DNA of 64,000 nucleotides from Candidatus Pacearchaeota archaeon (lineage in GTDB: Archaea > Nanobdellota > Nanobdellia > Pacearchaeales > GW2011-AR1): contig JAGVXK010000020.1 in the NCBI GenBank assembly GCA_018303825.1, positions 1 through 64,000 of the forward strand. Direction: 5' to 3'. Under the pieces are notes generated by a model. It had not been told where the DNA came from, searched no databases, and saw only the letters and a list, made by a program, of their open reading frames with translations. Positions 18,288 through 27,648 of this stretch are shown here, one piece after another; position 1 is the stretch's first letter, and the number at the start of each line of letters is the position of its first letter. The translations under genes were made by a program, and so were the position numbers.

Positions 18288-18452
18288 TTATTTCTTCTTC
18301 ACTGGACGGAAAGACTTACCATTGCACTTTGGGCACTTCACTTTTCTTGCTATGACTCTAACTGCCTGAGTTCTAATCTTTTTACTGCAATCTCTGCAAA
18401 CGAAAATATCTCCAAACAATCTCTTCTGTGCTATTAGTATTTTTGTTGCCAT
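18288..18452 (-). CDS. rpl40e: Ribosomal protein L40e (54 aa; not in ORF track)
   Basis: AQKRLFGDIFVCRDC...CPKCNGKSFRPVKKK. Confidence 0.8.
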   Translation of the reverse strand: MATKILIAQKRLFGDIFVCRDCSKKIRTQAVRVIARKVKCPKCNGKSFRPVKKK

Positions 18453-18472
18453 TTTACTTTTTGTTTATAAAT

Positions 18473-18862
18473 TTAAATTACCCTCATAATTGCTTTCTTG
18501 CCTTCAACATCCCAGTATTCTACTTGTTTTTCAGGAGCAAGATGGTCTTTAACTTCTTCTATGAATGGAAGGTCAATTGTTTCAAAACTTTCCAAGTCCA
18601 TCACAGATACCTTGTCTCCAGAAATGCTAAGTATTTGTCCGCGTCTTTTCTCTACCATTGGAACTTCAAATCTTGTGCTCCCGGGAATTGCAGTTATTTT
18701 TTTCTTTCCTGAAAAAATCTCTATTGCCTCTATTCTACACTTGGATGCTCCGTGCTTTCCTGTTTTTGAAACATCTACTGACTTGACAGCGCAGGCTTCT
18801 CCGTCAATTATAATTGTTGTGCCCGGTCTTACCTCTGTCGCAGATATAACTTTTAAAACCAT
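18473..18862 (-). CDS. eif5a: Translation factor aIF-5A
   Basis: SKTGKHGASK hypusine loop. Confidence 0.95.
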   Translation of the reverse strand: MVLKVISATEVRPGTTIIIDGEACAVKSVDVSKTGKHGASKCRIEAIEIFSGKKKITAIPGSTRFEVPMVEKRRGQILSISGDKVSVMDLESFETIDLPFIEEVKDHLAPEKQVEYWDVEGKKAIMRVI

Positions 18863-19130
18863 AAATGGAGTGAGAAAGAAACGTTTATAAAACTTACGTA
18901 GTAAGTTTTATCTCCCTTTTTAGATAGAATTTTAAGTAAACCTTAATTTAAACATTATATTAAAAAGATTCAAAGAACAAACAATATAATTAAGTGTATA
19001 ATTGATTTTTCTATTATTTAGAATCACAGAAGGAGAATATAACTTTAACCATATTAAGCTTGACAATTGATTTAACAAGAAAGCAAAAGATTTAAGAGGC
19101 ATAAATGGAAAAGATTATGATGACAGATAA

Positions 19131-19153
19131 GCTTTAGAAAAGCTTAAGAAAGT
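19131..19153 (+). promoter_or_regulatory. Promoter-like 23-mer GCTTTAGAAAAGCTTARGAAAGT shared with 33840-33862
   Basis: 22/23 identity; both copies lie just upstream of start codons. Confidence 0.4.
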
Positions 19154-19171
19154 AAGGATTAATAAATTAAT

Positions 19172-19864
19172 ATGACAGATGTAGTTAAGAAAGATGATTT
19201 TGTTGAACTGAAATATACAGGGTATGCAAACGGAAAAATCTTTGACTCAAATATAGAAATGGATTTGAAAGAGCTTGATGAGAAGGCACAACCTGTTAAA
19301 ACAATAATCTCTGTGGGAAATGAGATGGTTGTCAAAGGATTTGACAAAGCCTTGGAAGGAAAAGAAATTGGAAAAGAATACGAAATAATCCTAAACAAAG
19401 ACGAAGGATTTGGAGAGAGAAAAAGAGATCTTATTAAAACGATTCCCTTAAAAGTATTTCATGAAAAGAATGTCGATCCCAAGCCCGGGATGAGTTTTGT
19501 TGTTGACAATATGCTTGTCAGGATTATAACTGTATCTGGAGCAAGAGTTATTGCTGACTTTAACAATCCTCTTTCTGGGAAAGAGATTAAGTATAAATTT
19601 ACCATAACAAGAAAAGTTGAAGATGAAAAAGAAAAAGTTGAATGCCTGTTTACAACATTCTTTAGATTTATGCCTGAATATAAAATAAAAGCAAAAGAAA
19701 ATAAAGTTATTGCTAAGGGGCCGAAGGGATTTGATGTTTTTGTCAATGCTTATAAAGACAAATTTAAAGAAATCATCGGAAAAGAGCTTGCCTTTGAGGA
19801 AAAAAAGGAAAGGAAGAAAGAGGCAAGTAAAGAAGAGAAAAAGCAGGAAACTGCAAAGGCTTAA
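19172..19864 (+). CDS. slyD: FKBP-type peptidyl-prolyl isomerase (SlyD-like)
   Basis: YTGYANGKIFDSN, GFDKALEG, DFNNPLSGK. Confidence 0.9.
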   Translation: MTDVVKKDDFVELKYTGYANGKIFDSNIEMDLKELDEKAQPVKTIISVGNEMVVKGFDKALEGKEIGKEYEIILNKDEGFGERKRDLIKTIPLKVFHEKNVDPKPGMSFVVDNMLVRIITVSGARVIADFNNPLSGKEIKYKFTITRKVEDEKEKVECLFTTFFRFMPEYKIKAKENKVIAKGPKGFDVFVNAYKDKFKEIIGKELAFEEKKERKKEASKEEKKQETAKA

Positions 19865-19940
19865 TAATAACTATTGTGGTAAAACAACAATACTTATAAA
19901 TATACAATCTCTAAACTATTAATAATAAAAAGAGACGAAA

Positions 19941-21032
19941 ATGGCAGAATATACAAGTGAGAAGGGAGCTAAACCAACTTTAGAAATAGACAAAGAATTA
20001 GAAGAAATAATTCAAAAACAAGCTACAAGAATAAAAGTTATTGGGTGCGGAGGAGGAGGAGGAAATTCTATATCTAGGATGAGAGAAGTTGGAATAAGAG
20101 GATGTGAAATTCTTGCAATAAATACTGATGCACAAGACTTGTTATATACAAATGCGGACTCAAAAATTCTTATTGGCAGAGAATTAACACACGGACTTGG
20201 CGCCGGAAGCAATCCAAAAATAGGTGAGCAGGCAGCAAGAGAGTCTGAGCAGGAAATAAAAAAGAAGATGGGGGAAATAGATCTTGTTTTTGTAACATGC
20301 GGACTTGGAGGAGGAACTGGAACTGGAAGCGCTCCTATTGTATGCGAGATTGCAAAAAAGATGGGAGCCTTGACAATTGGGGTTGTTACCCTGCCTTTTA
20401 CAGTTGAAGGGCAAAAAAGGATAGAAAATGCCCAGTATGGCCTAGAAAAGATGGCTGCAATAACAGATACATTGATTGTAATTCCAAATGATAAACTTCT
20501 TGAAATTGCTCCTGACTTGCCAATCCACACAGCATTTAAAGTTGCGGATGAAATATTGACAAATGCTGTCAAAGGAATAACAGAATTAATAACAAAGGCT
20601 GGACTGGTTAATTTGGACTTTGCTGATATAAGAGCAGTCATGGCCAATGGCGGAGTTTCATTGATAGGAATTGGAGAATCTGATTCCAACAAGAACAGGG
20701 CGCAGGATGCAGTTGAAAAGGCAATTAACAATCCATTATTAGATGTCAGCATTGCAAATGCAACGGGGGCATTAGTTAACATAATAGGCGGACAGGATAT
20801 GTCTTTGGATGAATACAGGCAAGTAATGCAAATTCTTGGGGAAAAAGTTGCCCCTGATGCAAAAATAATTTCAGGAGCACAGATATCTCCGGATATGGAT
20901 AAAACAATAAAAGTACTTCTTATTGTCACAGGAGTTAAGAGCTCTCAAATCATTGGAAGTTCAACTGAATTCTCAAAGAGCGAGCAGGATGCCCTTTCAG
21001 AAGAGCTTGGAATTGACTTTGTTAAAGAATAA
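19941..21032 (+). CDS. ftsZ: Cell division protein FtsZ
   Basis: GCGGGGGN, GLGGGTGTG, NLDFAD. Confidence 0.97.
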   Translation: MAEYTSEKGAKPTLEIDKELEEIIQKQATRIKVIGCGGGGGNSISRMREVGIRGCEILAINTDAQDLLYTNADSKILIGRELTHGLGAGSNPKIGEQAARESEQEIKKKMGEIDLVFVTCGLGGGTGTGSAPIVCEIAKKMGALTIGVVTLPFTVEGQKRIENAQYGLEKMAAITDTLIVIPNDKLLEIAPDLPIHTAFKVADEILTNAVKGITELITKAGLVNLDFADIRAVMANGGVSLIGIGESDSNKNRAQDAVEKAINNPLLDVSIANATGALVNIIGGQDMSLDEYRQVMQILGEKVAPDAKIISGAQISPDMDKTIKVLLIVTGVKSSQIIGSSTEFSKSEQDALSEELGIDFVKE

Positions 21033-21225
21033 AATAACTGATAAAAAGTTAGGGCAAAAATTGTCTTATGAATGCATGTGCGATAATGTTTCTAAATCTA
21101 CAATAAATGCTACAAAAAGATGGCTTGAATTAAATATCTCTATCGATGTGATTCAAGAGATGTATCGGTGCGGAGTCAGAGATATGTACAATCAGATTAA
21201 CAATTCTCCTCCTAAAGAATAATAT

Positions 21226-21759
21226 TTATTTTTTGCTTAATTCAAGAAGCATATTACTGTATGAAATGGAAATTAAATCCTTTTCTTGGATTTGAAATTC
21301 TTTTAAAAAATCCGCGCATTGTCTTATAAGAAATTCTCTTCCAATGTCTCCTTTTTTGTCTAGTGCTTCAACTTCAACAAAATTTCCGAGGCTTTTTACC
21401 TGGTCAAGATGGAATTTAACATTGTCAACAAAATATATCTCCCTTATTTTGTCTACAACTGCAAGAACTCCAATAGATTTTGTCAGAATCTCTTTCAAAT
21501 CGCGAACATTTGCAGATTGGGTGTCAAATAGTGTTACAAGAGACTGCTTCGGTCCTTGTTTATTTTCCCTTTCATAGTAAATAAGGTTATTTTCGACGTT
21601 CCCTTCCCTGAGCTTCAATCTTCCATTTGGCGGTTTGAAGTATGTATCAATCTGATGGTCTAAACCATGAAAATTTGCATTGTAAGCAATAGTAAGTATA
21701 TCTCTTATCTGACCAAGATTATGGCATCGCGCTTTAAACTCCACATTAAGATGAGACAT
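21226..21759 (-). CDS. CYTH-domain protein (class IV adenylate cyclase/triphosphatase family)
   Basis: NVEFKA, QIDTYF, RLKLRE, HLDQVKSLGNFVEVE. Confidence 0.9.
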   Translation of the reverse strand: MSHLNVEFKARCHNLGQIRDILTIAYNANFHGLDHQIDTYFKPPNGRLKLREGNVENNLIYYERENKQGPKQSLVTLFDTQSANVRDLKEILTKSIGVLAVVDKIREIYFVDNVKFHLDQVKSLGNFVEVEALDKKGDIGREFLIRQCADFLKEFQIQEKDLISISYSNMLLELSKK

Positions 21760-21841
21760 TGAAATCCTTTGGTTGTTTAGTTTAAAATCATTGTTGTATG
21801 AGAAAACATAATTTTAAAAACACCTTTTATTTTGTATAGAA

Positions 21842-22048
21842 ATGGGTGAAATGAATCAGACTATTGGATGGAAAAGCAGACTGGGCTCTTTTTTAGTTCA
21901 GTGCAAAAGAGTTTGGCAAGTTTTAAGGAAGCCGACTAATGAAGAATTCAAGACCATTGCAAAAATATCTGCAATCGGAGTTCTGATAATCGGCGCAGTA
22001 GGATTTATTATCGCTGACCTAATCAAGTTTATTACGAAGATTTTCTAA
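21842..22048 (+). CDS. secE: Protein translocase subunit SecE (Sec61 gamma)
   Basis: RVWQVLRKPTNEEF followed by a TM helix. Confidence 0.9.
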   Translation: MGEMNQTIGWKSRLGSFLVQCKRVWQVLRKPTNEEFKTIAKISAIGVLIIGAVGFIIADLIKFITKIF

Positions 22049-22052
22049 AAAT

Positions 22053-22412
22053 CTATTGTGTCTTATCAGAAGCCTTATTAGGGTCTTTATCAAACTCAAA
22101 ACTTAATCCTTCCTCAATTTTATTTGCCATGAGCTGAGTTTCCAGCATTGCATACAGCCCAACAGCAATGCCAAAAAGGGCCAGACGCATTTCTAAAGAA
22201 TGCTGCTTTAAGTATGTTCCAATGTATTCTGATAAAATCGGATCGTCTCTTAGTATTCTTTCTCCAACCTCTTCTACATAAGCTGTCCAATCAGACTTAC
22301 CCTGGTGTTTTTTGCCCACAAATCGCGCCACTAGTGTATTATAAGTATTCATAGATATTCTAGGCATACCTGTAGGAGTATATTTATCACCTGAATTTTT
22401 ATCCGAATCCAT
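22053..22412 (-). CDS. Hypothetical protein
   Basis: 119-aa ORF convergent on secE. Confidence 0.55.
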   Translation of the reverse strand: MDSDKNSGDKYTPTGMPRISMNTYNTLVARFVGKKHQGKSDWTAYVEEVGERILRDDPILSEYIGTYLKQHSLEMRLALFGIAVGLYAMLETQLMANKIEEGLSFEFDKDPNKASDKTQ

Positions 22413-22624
22413 CGTCTTTTTTAAGTGGTTTGGATTTTTTAAATCTATCTTACTTTTTCTTTTTATTCACTGTATGGAAAAACAGGGGAAAAACAAATAT
22501 TTAAAAAGGCGTTAAACAAAGGAATAATATTATCGTTAACTACGTACCGAAGCCATATTTTCTATGGGTTTGGGTCATAACGTAGGAGATAATGGGTAGA
22601 AAACTACAGCAGGAGTAAAACAAG

Positions 22625-23242
22625 ATGGAAATAAAGCAAGCATTAGAAGAACTTAGGAAGAATGAGAAGAAGAATTTTGACCAGACAGTAGACTTAATTA
22701 TAAATCTGAAGGGGATAGACATGAAAAGAGACAATGTTTCTACAGTTATTACATTTCCTTATAACATCGGAGAAAAGAAAATATGCGGATTTTTAACAAA
22801 AAAAAGCGAGAATGTTGAAACAATAACTCTAAATGAATTCCAATTGTATAGAGACAAGAAAGCATTGAAGAATCTTATAAAAAAATATGACTATTTCCTT
22901 GCAGTTCCAAGCGTAATGCCTGCTGTTGCTACAACATTCGGAAAGATTTTAGGTCCTGCTGGAAAAATGCCCACTCCACAGCTTGGAGTTTTGATGAAAG
23001 AAGATGAGAAGGCAATAAAAGAACTTGTGGAAAAGATAGCAAAATCAACAAGAATTAAAATGAAAGAGCCCAGCATTAAAGTCAGCATCGCAAGAGAGAG
23101 CATGAAAGATAATGAGATTATAGAAAATCTGATGGCTGCTTATAATGCCATTGTAAATGTTCTTCCAACAAAAAAGGAAAATGTCAGATCTGTTTTAATA
23201 AAATTAACAATGAGCAAGCCAATAAAACTGGAGGTCAAATAA
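22625..23242 (+). CDS. rpl1: Ribosomal protein L1
   Basis: KKNFDQTVDLIINLK, GKILGPAGKMP. Confidence 0.95.
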   Translation: MEIKQALEELRKNEKKNFDQTVDLIINLKGIDMKRDNVSTVITFPYNIGEKKICGFLTKKSENVETITLNEFQLYRDKKALKNLIKKYDYFLAVPSVMPAVATTFGKILGPAGKMPTPQLGVLMKEDEKAIKELVEKIAKSTRIKMKEPSIKVSIARESMKDNEIIENLMAAYNAIVNVLPTKKENVRSVLIKLTMSKPIKLEVK

Positions 23243-24072
23243 TGGTCGAGAAGAAAACAGGAGAAAAAAAAGTAGAAAAGAGAGAAGTTCCAGAATATAA
23301 ATTGAAAATAATTAATGACCTTGTTGCAAAAATAAAAAAGAGCAAAACATTATTGTTAGCCTCTACGAAAGGATTGCCAAGCTCGCAATTCCATGAAATA
23401 AAGAAAAAATTCAGAGGAAAAGCAGAAATCAAAGTTGTGAAGAAGTCTGCCGTATTAAGAGCTATTGAGCTTGCAGCAAAACCTGGATTGGATCCATTGA
23501 AAGAGCAAATAGTGGCAGATGTAGCTATATTTTTCTCAGATATAGACCCATTTGAATTATCTGGAATGTTAACTGATAATTTAAGCCCTACAAAAGCGAA
23601 GGGGGGAGATATTGCCCCAGAAGATATTAATGTCGAATCTGGACCAACAGATTTGCTTCCTGGACCTGCAATTTCCGAATTATCTGGAGTTGGATTAAGG
23701 GTTGCTGTTGAGAGTGGAAAGATTGCAATAAAACTTCCAGCTACACTTGTTAAAAAAGGAGAGATAATTAAAGAAAATGTTGCTTCTGTTCTCGGAAAAT
23801 TGAATATAACTCCTATGAAAGTGGGATTTGAACCTATTGCAGCTTATGATGCAAATAATGAAAAGATATATGTTGGAATAAAAATAGATAAAAAGCAGAC
23901 TCTTGAGCAATTGAGGTATGACATTAGCAAAGCATTTGGATTTGCCAGGAATATTAAATATATTGTAAAAGAAACACTTTCATACTTCTTCGCAAAGGCA
24001 AATACGGAAGAAAAAGCAGTACAGAAATTGATTGACAAACAAAATGCTGTGGCAGGAGAGACACAACAATGA
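23242..24072 (+). CDS. rpl10: Ribosomal protein L10 (P0), short C-terminus
   Basis: AKGGDIAPEDINVESGPTDLLPGP, LGKLNITP. Confidence 0.9.
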   Translation: MVEKKTGEKKVEKREVPEYKLKIINDLVAKIKKSKTLLLASTKGLPSSQFHEIKKKFRGKAEIKVVKKSAVLRAIELAAKPGLDPLKEQIVADVAIFFSDIDPFELSGMLTDNLSPTKAKGGDIAPEDINVESGPTDLLPGPAISELSGVGLRVAVESGKIAIKLPATLVKKGEIIKENVASVLGKLNITPMKVGFEPIAAYDANNEKIYVGIKIDKKQTLEQLRYDISKAFGFARNIKYIVKETLSYFFAKANTEEKAVQKLIDKQNAVAGETQQ

Positions 24073-24332
24073 ACATGGAAGAAGTTTTAGCCGCAATTAG
24101 TGAGAAAATTGACGCTGGAGAGTATACTGAAGCAAAAACAATAGTTGATGATTTTTACACTGAGAAGAACAGAGAATTATGCGCAATGCAAAGGTTAGCA
24201 GCTAATGAAGAAACTAGATTTAGTGATACTATACCGGAATATGTTGAAATGCTAGAAGATTTGGCCGCAACTTCAAATCGCATTGGAGATATCATAAGAC
24301 AAACTCAAAATACATCGGGAGGTCAAAATTAA
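24069..24332 (+). CDS. Acidic helical hypothetical protein between rpl10 and rpl12
   Basis: ATGA overlap with rpl10; contains the GGAGGT SD for rpl12. Confidence 0.55.
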   Translation: MNMEEVLAAISEKIDAGEYTEAKTIVDDFYTEKNRELCAMQRLAANEETRFSDTIPEYVEMLEDLAATSNRIGDIIRQTQNTSGGQN

Positions 24333-24333
24333 G

Positions 24334-24612
24334 ATGGAATACATATATGCGGCTTTATTGCTGCACAAGCTAGGACAGAAAGTAGATGAAGACAATTTGA
24401 AAAAAGTTGTTTCAGCAGCCGGAGCTAAAGTAGATGAAGCAAAAATCAAAACGTTGATTGCTGCTTTGAATGGTGTTGACATCGCTGCAGAACTAGCAAA
24501 TGCAAGTATTGCAGTGGCAGTGCCAGCAGCTACGGAAGCAAAGAAGGAAGAGAAAAAGGAAGAAGAAAAGCCTTCTGAATCTGCTGCAGGATTAAGTGCA
24601 CTATTCGGCTGA
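24334..24612 (+). CDS. rpl12: Ribosomal protein L12 (aP1)
   Basis: [11 protein letters not shown]...[10 protein letters not shown]. Confidence 0.95.
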   Translation: MEYIYAALLLHKLGQKVDEDNLKKVVSAAGAKVDEAKIKTLIAALNGVDIAAELANASIAVAVPAATEAKKEEKKEEEKPSESAAGLSALFG

Positions 24613-24735
24613 TTATAATTTTTTATTTTTAGTTTACAACCGAATAGAAATACAGGTTTAGCAAGGCTAGATTGGTCTTGCTTGAGAATTCTTAAACCAT
24701 AAAGGTTTTAAGTCAGGTATTTTATACAAATCTAA

Positions 24736-24838
24736 GCCCACGTGCGACAATGGTACTCGGACGGTCTTGAGCTGATAGTTAAGCACAGGGAAACCGTTTT
24801 CCCTTCGGGATATCCAGGTTCGATTCCTGGCGTGGGCG
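24736..24838 (+). tRNA. tRNA-Ser(TGA) with 20-nt BHB intron at 37/38 (24772-24791)
   Basis: Acceptor GCCCACG/CGTGGGC, ACGGT-CT-TGA-G|intron|A-ACCGT, long variable arm; CTTG pairs with intron CAGG, giving 3-nt bulges. Confidence 0.92.
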
Positions 24839-24854
24839 TTTATTACATTCAAAA

Positions 24855-25277
24855 ATGCAAGAATTGACGAATATCATTGAAAAGCTTAGAAAAGAAGGAT
24901 ATTTTATTTGTGATTTTGCATATGAAGAATTTAGTGACTCCAGACTGCAATTTGATCATGGAGTAATGCCCAATCCAGATAAAGCACATGGGCATAGATC
25001 TCTGGCAAGAATGATAAATGAACACCTTAAAAATGGGATTCATCTTACACCAATATTAATTCATATTTTTCTCGGATCCAGGAAAATGAAGTTGCCTGAA
25101 CAAATGAACGGAAAAACGAATGATAATGATAGGTTTGATTATCCAATTGAAGTAGATGTTTCTACAAGAACTATGAACCCTTATTTAGAATATAGAAAAT
25201 TGCAGAATCCAGAAAAGATATACGAGGATATAACAAGAATTTTCCAAGAATCTGGCTGGAATGCAAACAAAGCTTAA
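24855..25277 (+). CDS. Hypothetical protein
   Basis: 140-aa ORF immediately after the tRNA. Confidence 0.55.
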   Translation: MQELTNIIEKLRKEGYFICDFAYEEFSDSRLQFDHGVMPNPDKAHGHRSLARMINEHLKNGIHLTPILIHIFLGSRKMKLPEQMNGKTNDNDRFDYPIEVDVSTRTMNPYLEYRKLQNPEKIYEDITRIFQESGWNANKA

Positions 25278-25296
25278 AAATAAAAAATAAATTCTT

Positions 25297-25500
25297 TTAA
25301 GCTGAGTAATCAAGCCAGCTTGCTCGAAGAGAACCTTCTGATGAGGCACAATATTCATCTCCTTGTCTTTCCATGGTATTTTGCGGGTCTTTCTCTTTCT
25401 GCAATGCTTCTCTGAAGTTTTTCTTTTGTTTAGTTTCTTTTATAACGGTGGCTCCAGCTTGAACAGCCTCAGATGTTATTTGTTCGATTGTCTTTTTCAT
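25297..25500 (-). CDS. Small hypothetical protein
   Basis: GGAGG SD upstream. Confidence 0.45.
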   Translation of the reverse strand: MKKTIEQITSEAVQAGATVIKETKQKKNFREALQKEKDPQNTMERQGDEYCASSEGSLRASWLDYSA

Positions 25501-25755
25501 TTATGGAGTCCTCCTTTCAGTTTCTTATTTTTTCTTGTTTTTCTTTTGTTTTCTTGTTTTTTGTTTAATTTTCTAAAGAAATATTAAAAAGCCATAGAAA
25601 TTTCCCAACATTGTACATCGAGAACATTCCAAAGGCCAGAATCAATATGCCTTTAGAATAGCTTGACTACGACTGCGTCTAGCGCAATAACTGCATAAGC
25701 AAATTTAGTCGCATTTTGCATCCTTTCTGAAAGCAAAGGAAGTATATAAATTTTG

Positions 25756-26181
25756 TTAAAGATGCAAATCATGAAGTTTTTTCCAGACAGAATATGATTC
25801 TATATGTGTTGGCCTGTCTGTATTTATTACATGAGTTAATTTGAATTGTTTTATCTTTTTTATTAATTTTTTTGATGAAACTCTTCCGGGTTTTAACCCA
25901 TATGCCTTGATTTCTTCTAAATCTCTTAAAGATAGAGATTTTCCTGAACAACTATTTTCCTGAGCTTTGCAGTCAGAATTGCATGGGGAATCAAGAGTAT
26001 TTGTTAATGTTATAATCTGTTCTGGATTGTCTATAATTGTATTATATAAATCCTTTACTTTCTTTATATTAAATAATCCATATCTTAATCTGTCAGGTTT
26101 GTGCTCATCTGACAGCTGATGATTAAATAAATATGTGGCAAAATCGCTCAAATGATGCCCTCTTAGTATTATTTGTCCCAT
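25756..26181 (-). CDS. DUF1284-like protein
   Basis: ILRGHHL...DSPCNSDC metal-binding pattern. Confidence 0.55.
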   Translation of the reverse strand: MGQIILRGHHLSDFATYLFNHQLSDEHKPDRLRYGLFNIKKVKDLYNTIIDNPEQIITLTNTLDSPCNSDCKAQENSCSGKSLSLRDLEEIKAYGLKPGRVSSKKLIKKIKQFKLTHVINTDRPTHIESYSVWKKLHDLHL

Positions 26182-26266
26182 CTTTTCTCTTTTTTCCCTT
26201 TTTTTATTTTTATCTCGGCTTCGACCTAACTTGTCCCTTGCTTCTATCTTTACTTTACTTCTATTT

Positions 26267-27010
26267 TTATTTCAACTTTAATAGTTCTATCCTTAATCTT
26301 ATTATAAATTCTGGAGTTGCCTTCTTGATTGGCTTGTCAAGGGTTTCTTTGTGAAAATTCATCTTTTCTAAAATTTCCCTGGCTTTATTTTTTATCTTTT
26401 TATCTTTCATTAATGAGTAAATTATTGCATTTCTTGTATTCCCATTTTTTGTTAAAACATTTCTTAAGATTTCTTCCACTTTATTTTTAGGTTCTTTTCT
26501 TTTTAATTGAATGAGCCAGCAGCCAGTTTTTGGCTCGGGAGAAAGGCTTTCAGGTTCAACTTCCTGGACAGTTTTCATGCTGAAAAATAAGTTACTTAAT
26601 AGACCAAGCTTGTTTTCTCCAGATAATGTTTTCTTTAAGCCATCACTTACCAACAAAGAGAGGAGAGAAATCCTTTCCCTGATAGATTTTTGAATTAATG
26701 CTTCAGTAGCTGAAAATGGAATATTTCCTATTAATTTATTGCATCCTTTCCATGAATGTTCAAGAGCATTGCCAAATACAATGCTTAAGTTGGGATGCTC
26801 TTTCTTTAACTCTTCTAGGAATGGCTTAAATCTCAAATCAAGCTCAAAGGCGAGAACAGGGAAGCCTAATTTAACTAATTCGTGAGTTATATTTCCTGTT
26901 CCGGGGCCAATTTCAAGTATCTTATCCCCTTCTTTCACTTCCAATTCAGAAATCATTCTCTTTATTGCCTTCATATTTATCAGAAAATGCTGGTCTTTTT
27001 CTATTTCCAT
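26267..27010 (-). CDS. rsmA: rRNA adenine dimethyltransferase KsgA/Dim1
   Basis: DQHFLI, LEIGPGTG, GNIPF. Confidence 0.9.
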   Translation of the reverse strand: MEIEKDQHFLINMKAIKRMISELEVKEGDKILEIGPGTGNITHELVKLGFPVLAFELDLRFKPFLEELKKEHPNLSIVFGNALEHSWKGCNKLIGNIPFSATEALIQKSIRERISLLSLLVSDGLKKTLSGENKLGLLSNLFFSMKTVQEVEPESLSPEPKTGCWLIQLKRKEPKNKVEEILRNVLTKNGNTRNAIIYSLMKDKKIKNKAREILEKMNFHKETLDKPIKKATPEFIIRLRIELLKLK

Positions 27011-27060
27011 ATATTATTAAGAAAGATTAATTTTATAAATACTACTTTATTAGAGTTCGA

Positions 27061-27330
27061 ATGAGAAAAGGAGAAAATTATATTACTCAACTTGCTGAAT
27101 ATGTGAAGAAGAATTTAAGGAAGGGGTATACTAAAGAATCATTAAAATGGGCTTTGGTTAATCAGGGTCATTCTAAACTGGAAGTTGAGAAAGCAATGCA
27201 GAAAGCAGAAAGTGATCTAGCTGCAGAAGCGCCTGTGCTTAGAACAAAGCCGGAAATAAAAATTGAAATAGTAGAACCGAAAGATGCTGTTCTCGAAAAG
27301 AAGCCCTGGTGGAAAAGAATATTTGGTTAA
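27061..27330 (+). CDS. Hypothetical protein
   Basis: 89-aa ORF with TATA upstream. Confidence 0.6.
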   Translation: MRKGENYITQLAEYVKKNLRKGYTKESLKWALVNQGHSKLEVEKAMQKAESDLAAEAPVLRTKPEIKIEIVEPKDAVLEKKPWWKRIFG

Positions 27331-27647
27331 GGATATAACAACTTAAGCACTTTATTTATTGGTTGATTGTGGATATATTTTCCGTTCTTTAGTTCTTGAA
27401 AGTAATGCTTTCTTACTATCTCATTTTCGTGTATTCTTCCATTTAACCAATGTGCAAATGTGTTTGGATCCTTCCAATCTTTTACCCAATCCCAGTTTAT
27501 ATAACAAAATGCTTTAACATAAGTCATATATATTACGGGCTTGTATTTTCCTACTGCCTTGCAATAATTTGAGAAAGCCTCAGGGCTTTGTCCAGCACCA
27601 TGAAGTACTCTATTTCCTTTTGGTTCAAACTTCTGTTTAAAATCCAT
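27327..27647 (-). pseudogene. Probable internally deleted glycoside-hydrolase (GH26-like) remnant
   Basis: N-terminal FEPKGNRVLHGAGQ joined directly to C-terminal KAFCYINWDW; 106 aa is too short for a TIM barrel. Confidence 0.5.
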
Positions 27648-27648
27648 T

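Noticed and set aside
20923-21222. ORF overlapping the ftsZ 3' end
   Set aside because: The first third overlaps ftsZ. A ~48-aa downstream part may be real but has no supporting motif.
24772-24791. tRNA-Ser intron as a novelty
   Set aside because: Canonical 37/38 position with a normal bulge-helix-bulge; ordinary for archaea.
25560-25730. Hydrophobic coding-like stretch on the minus strand
   Set aside because: Broken by stops in all frames; may be a decayed gene but cannot be assigned.
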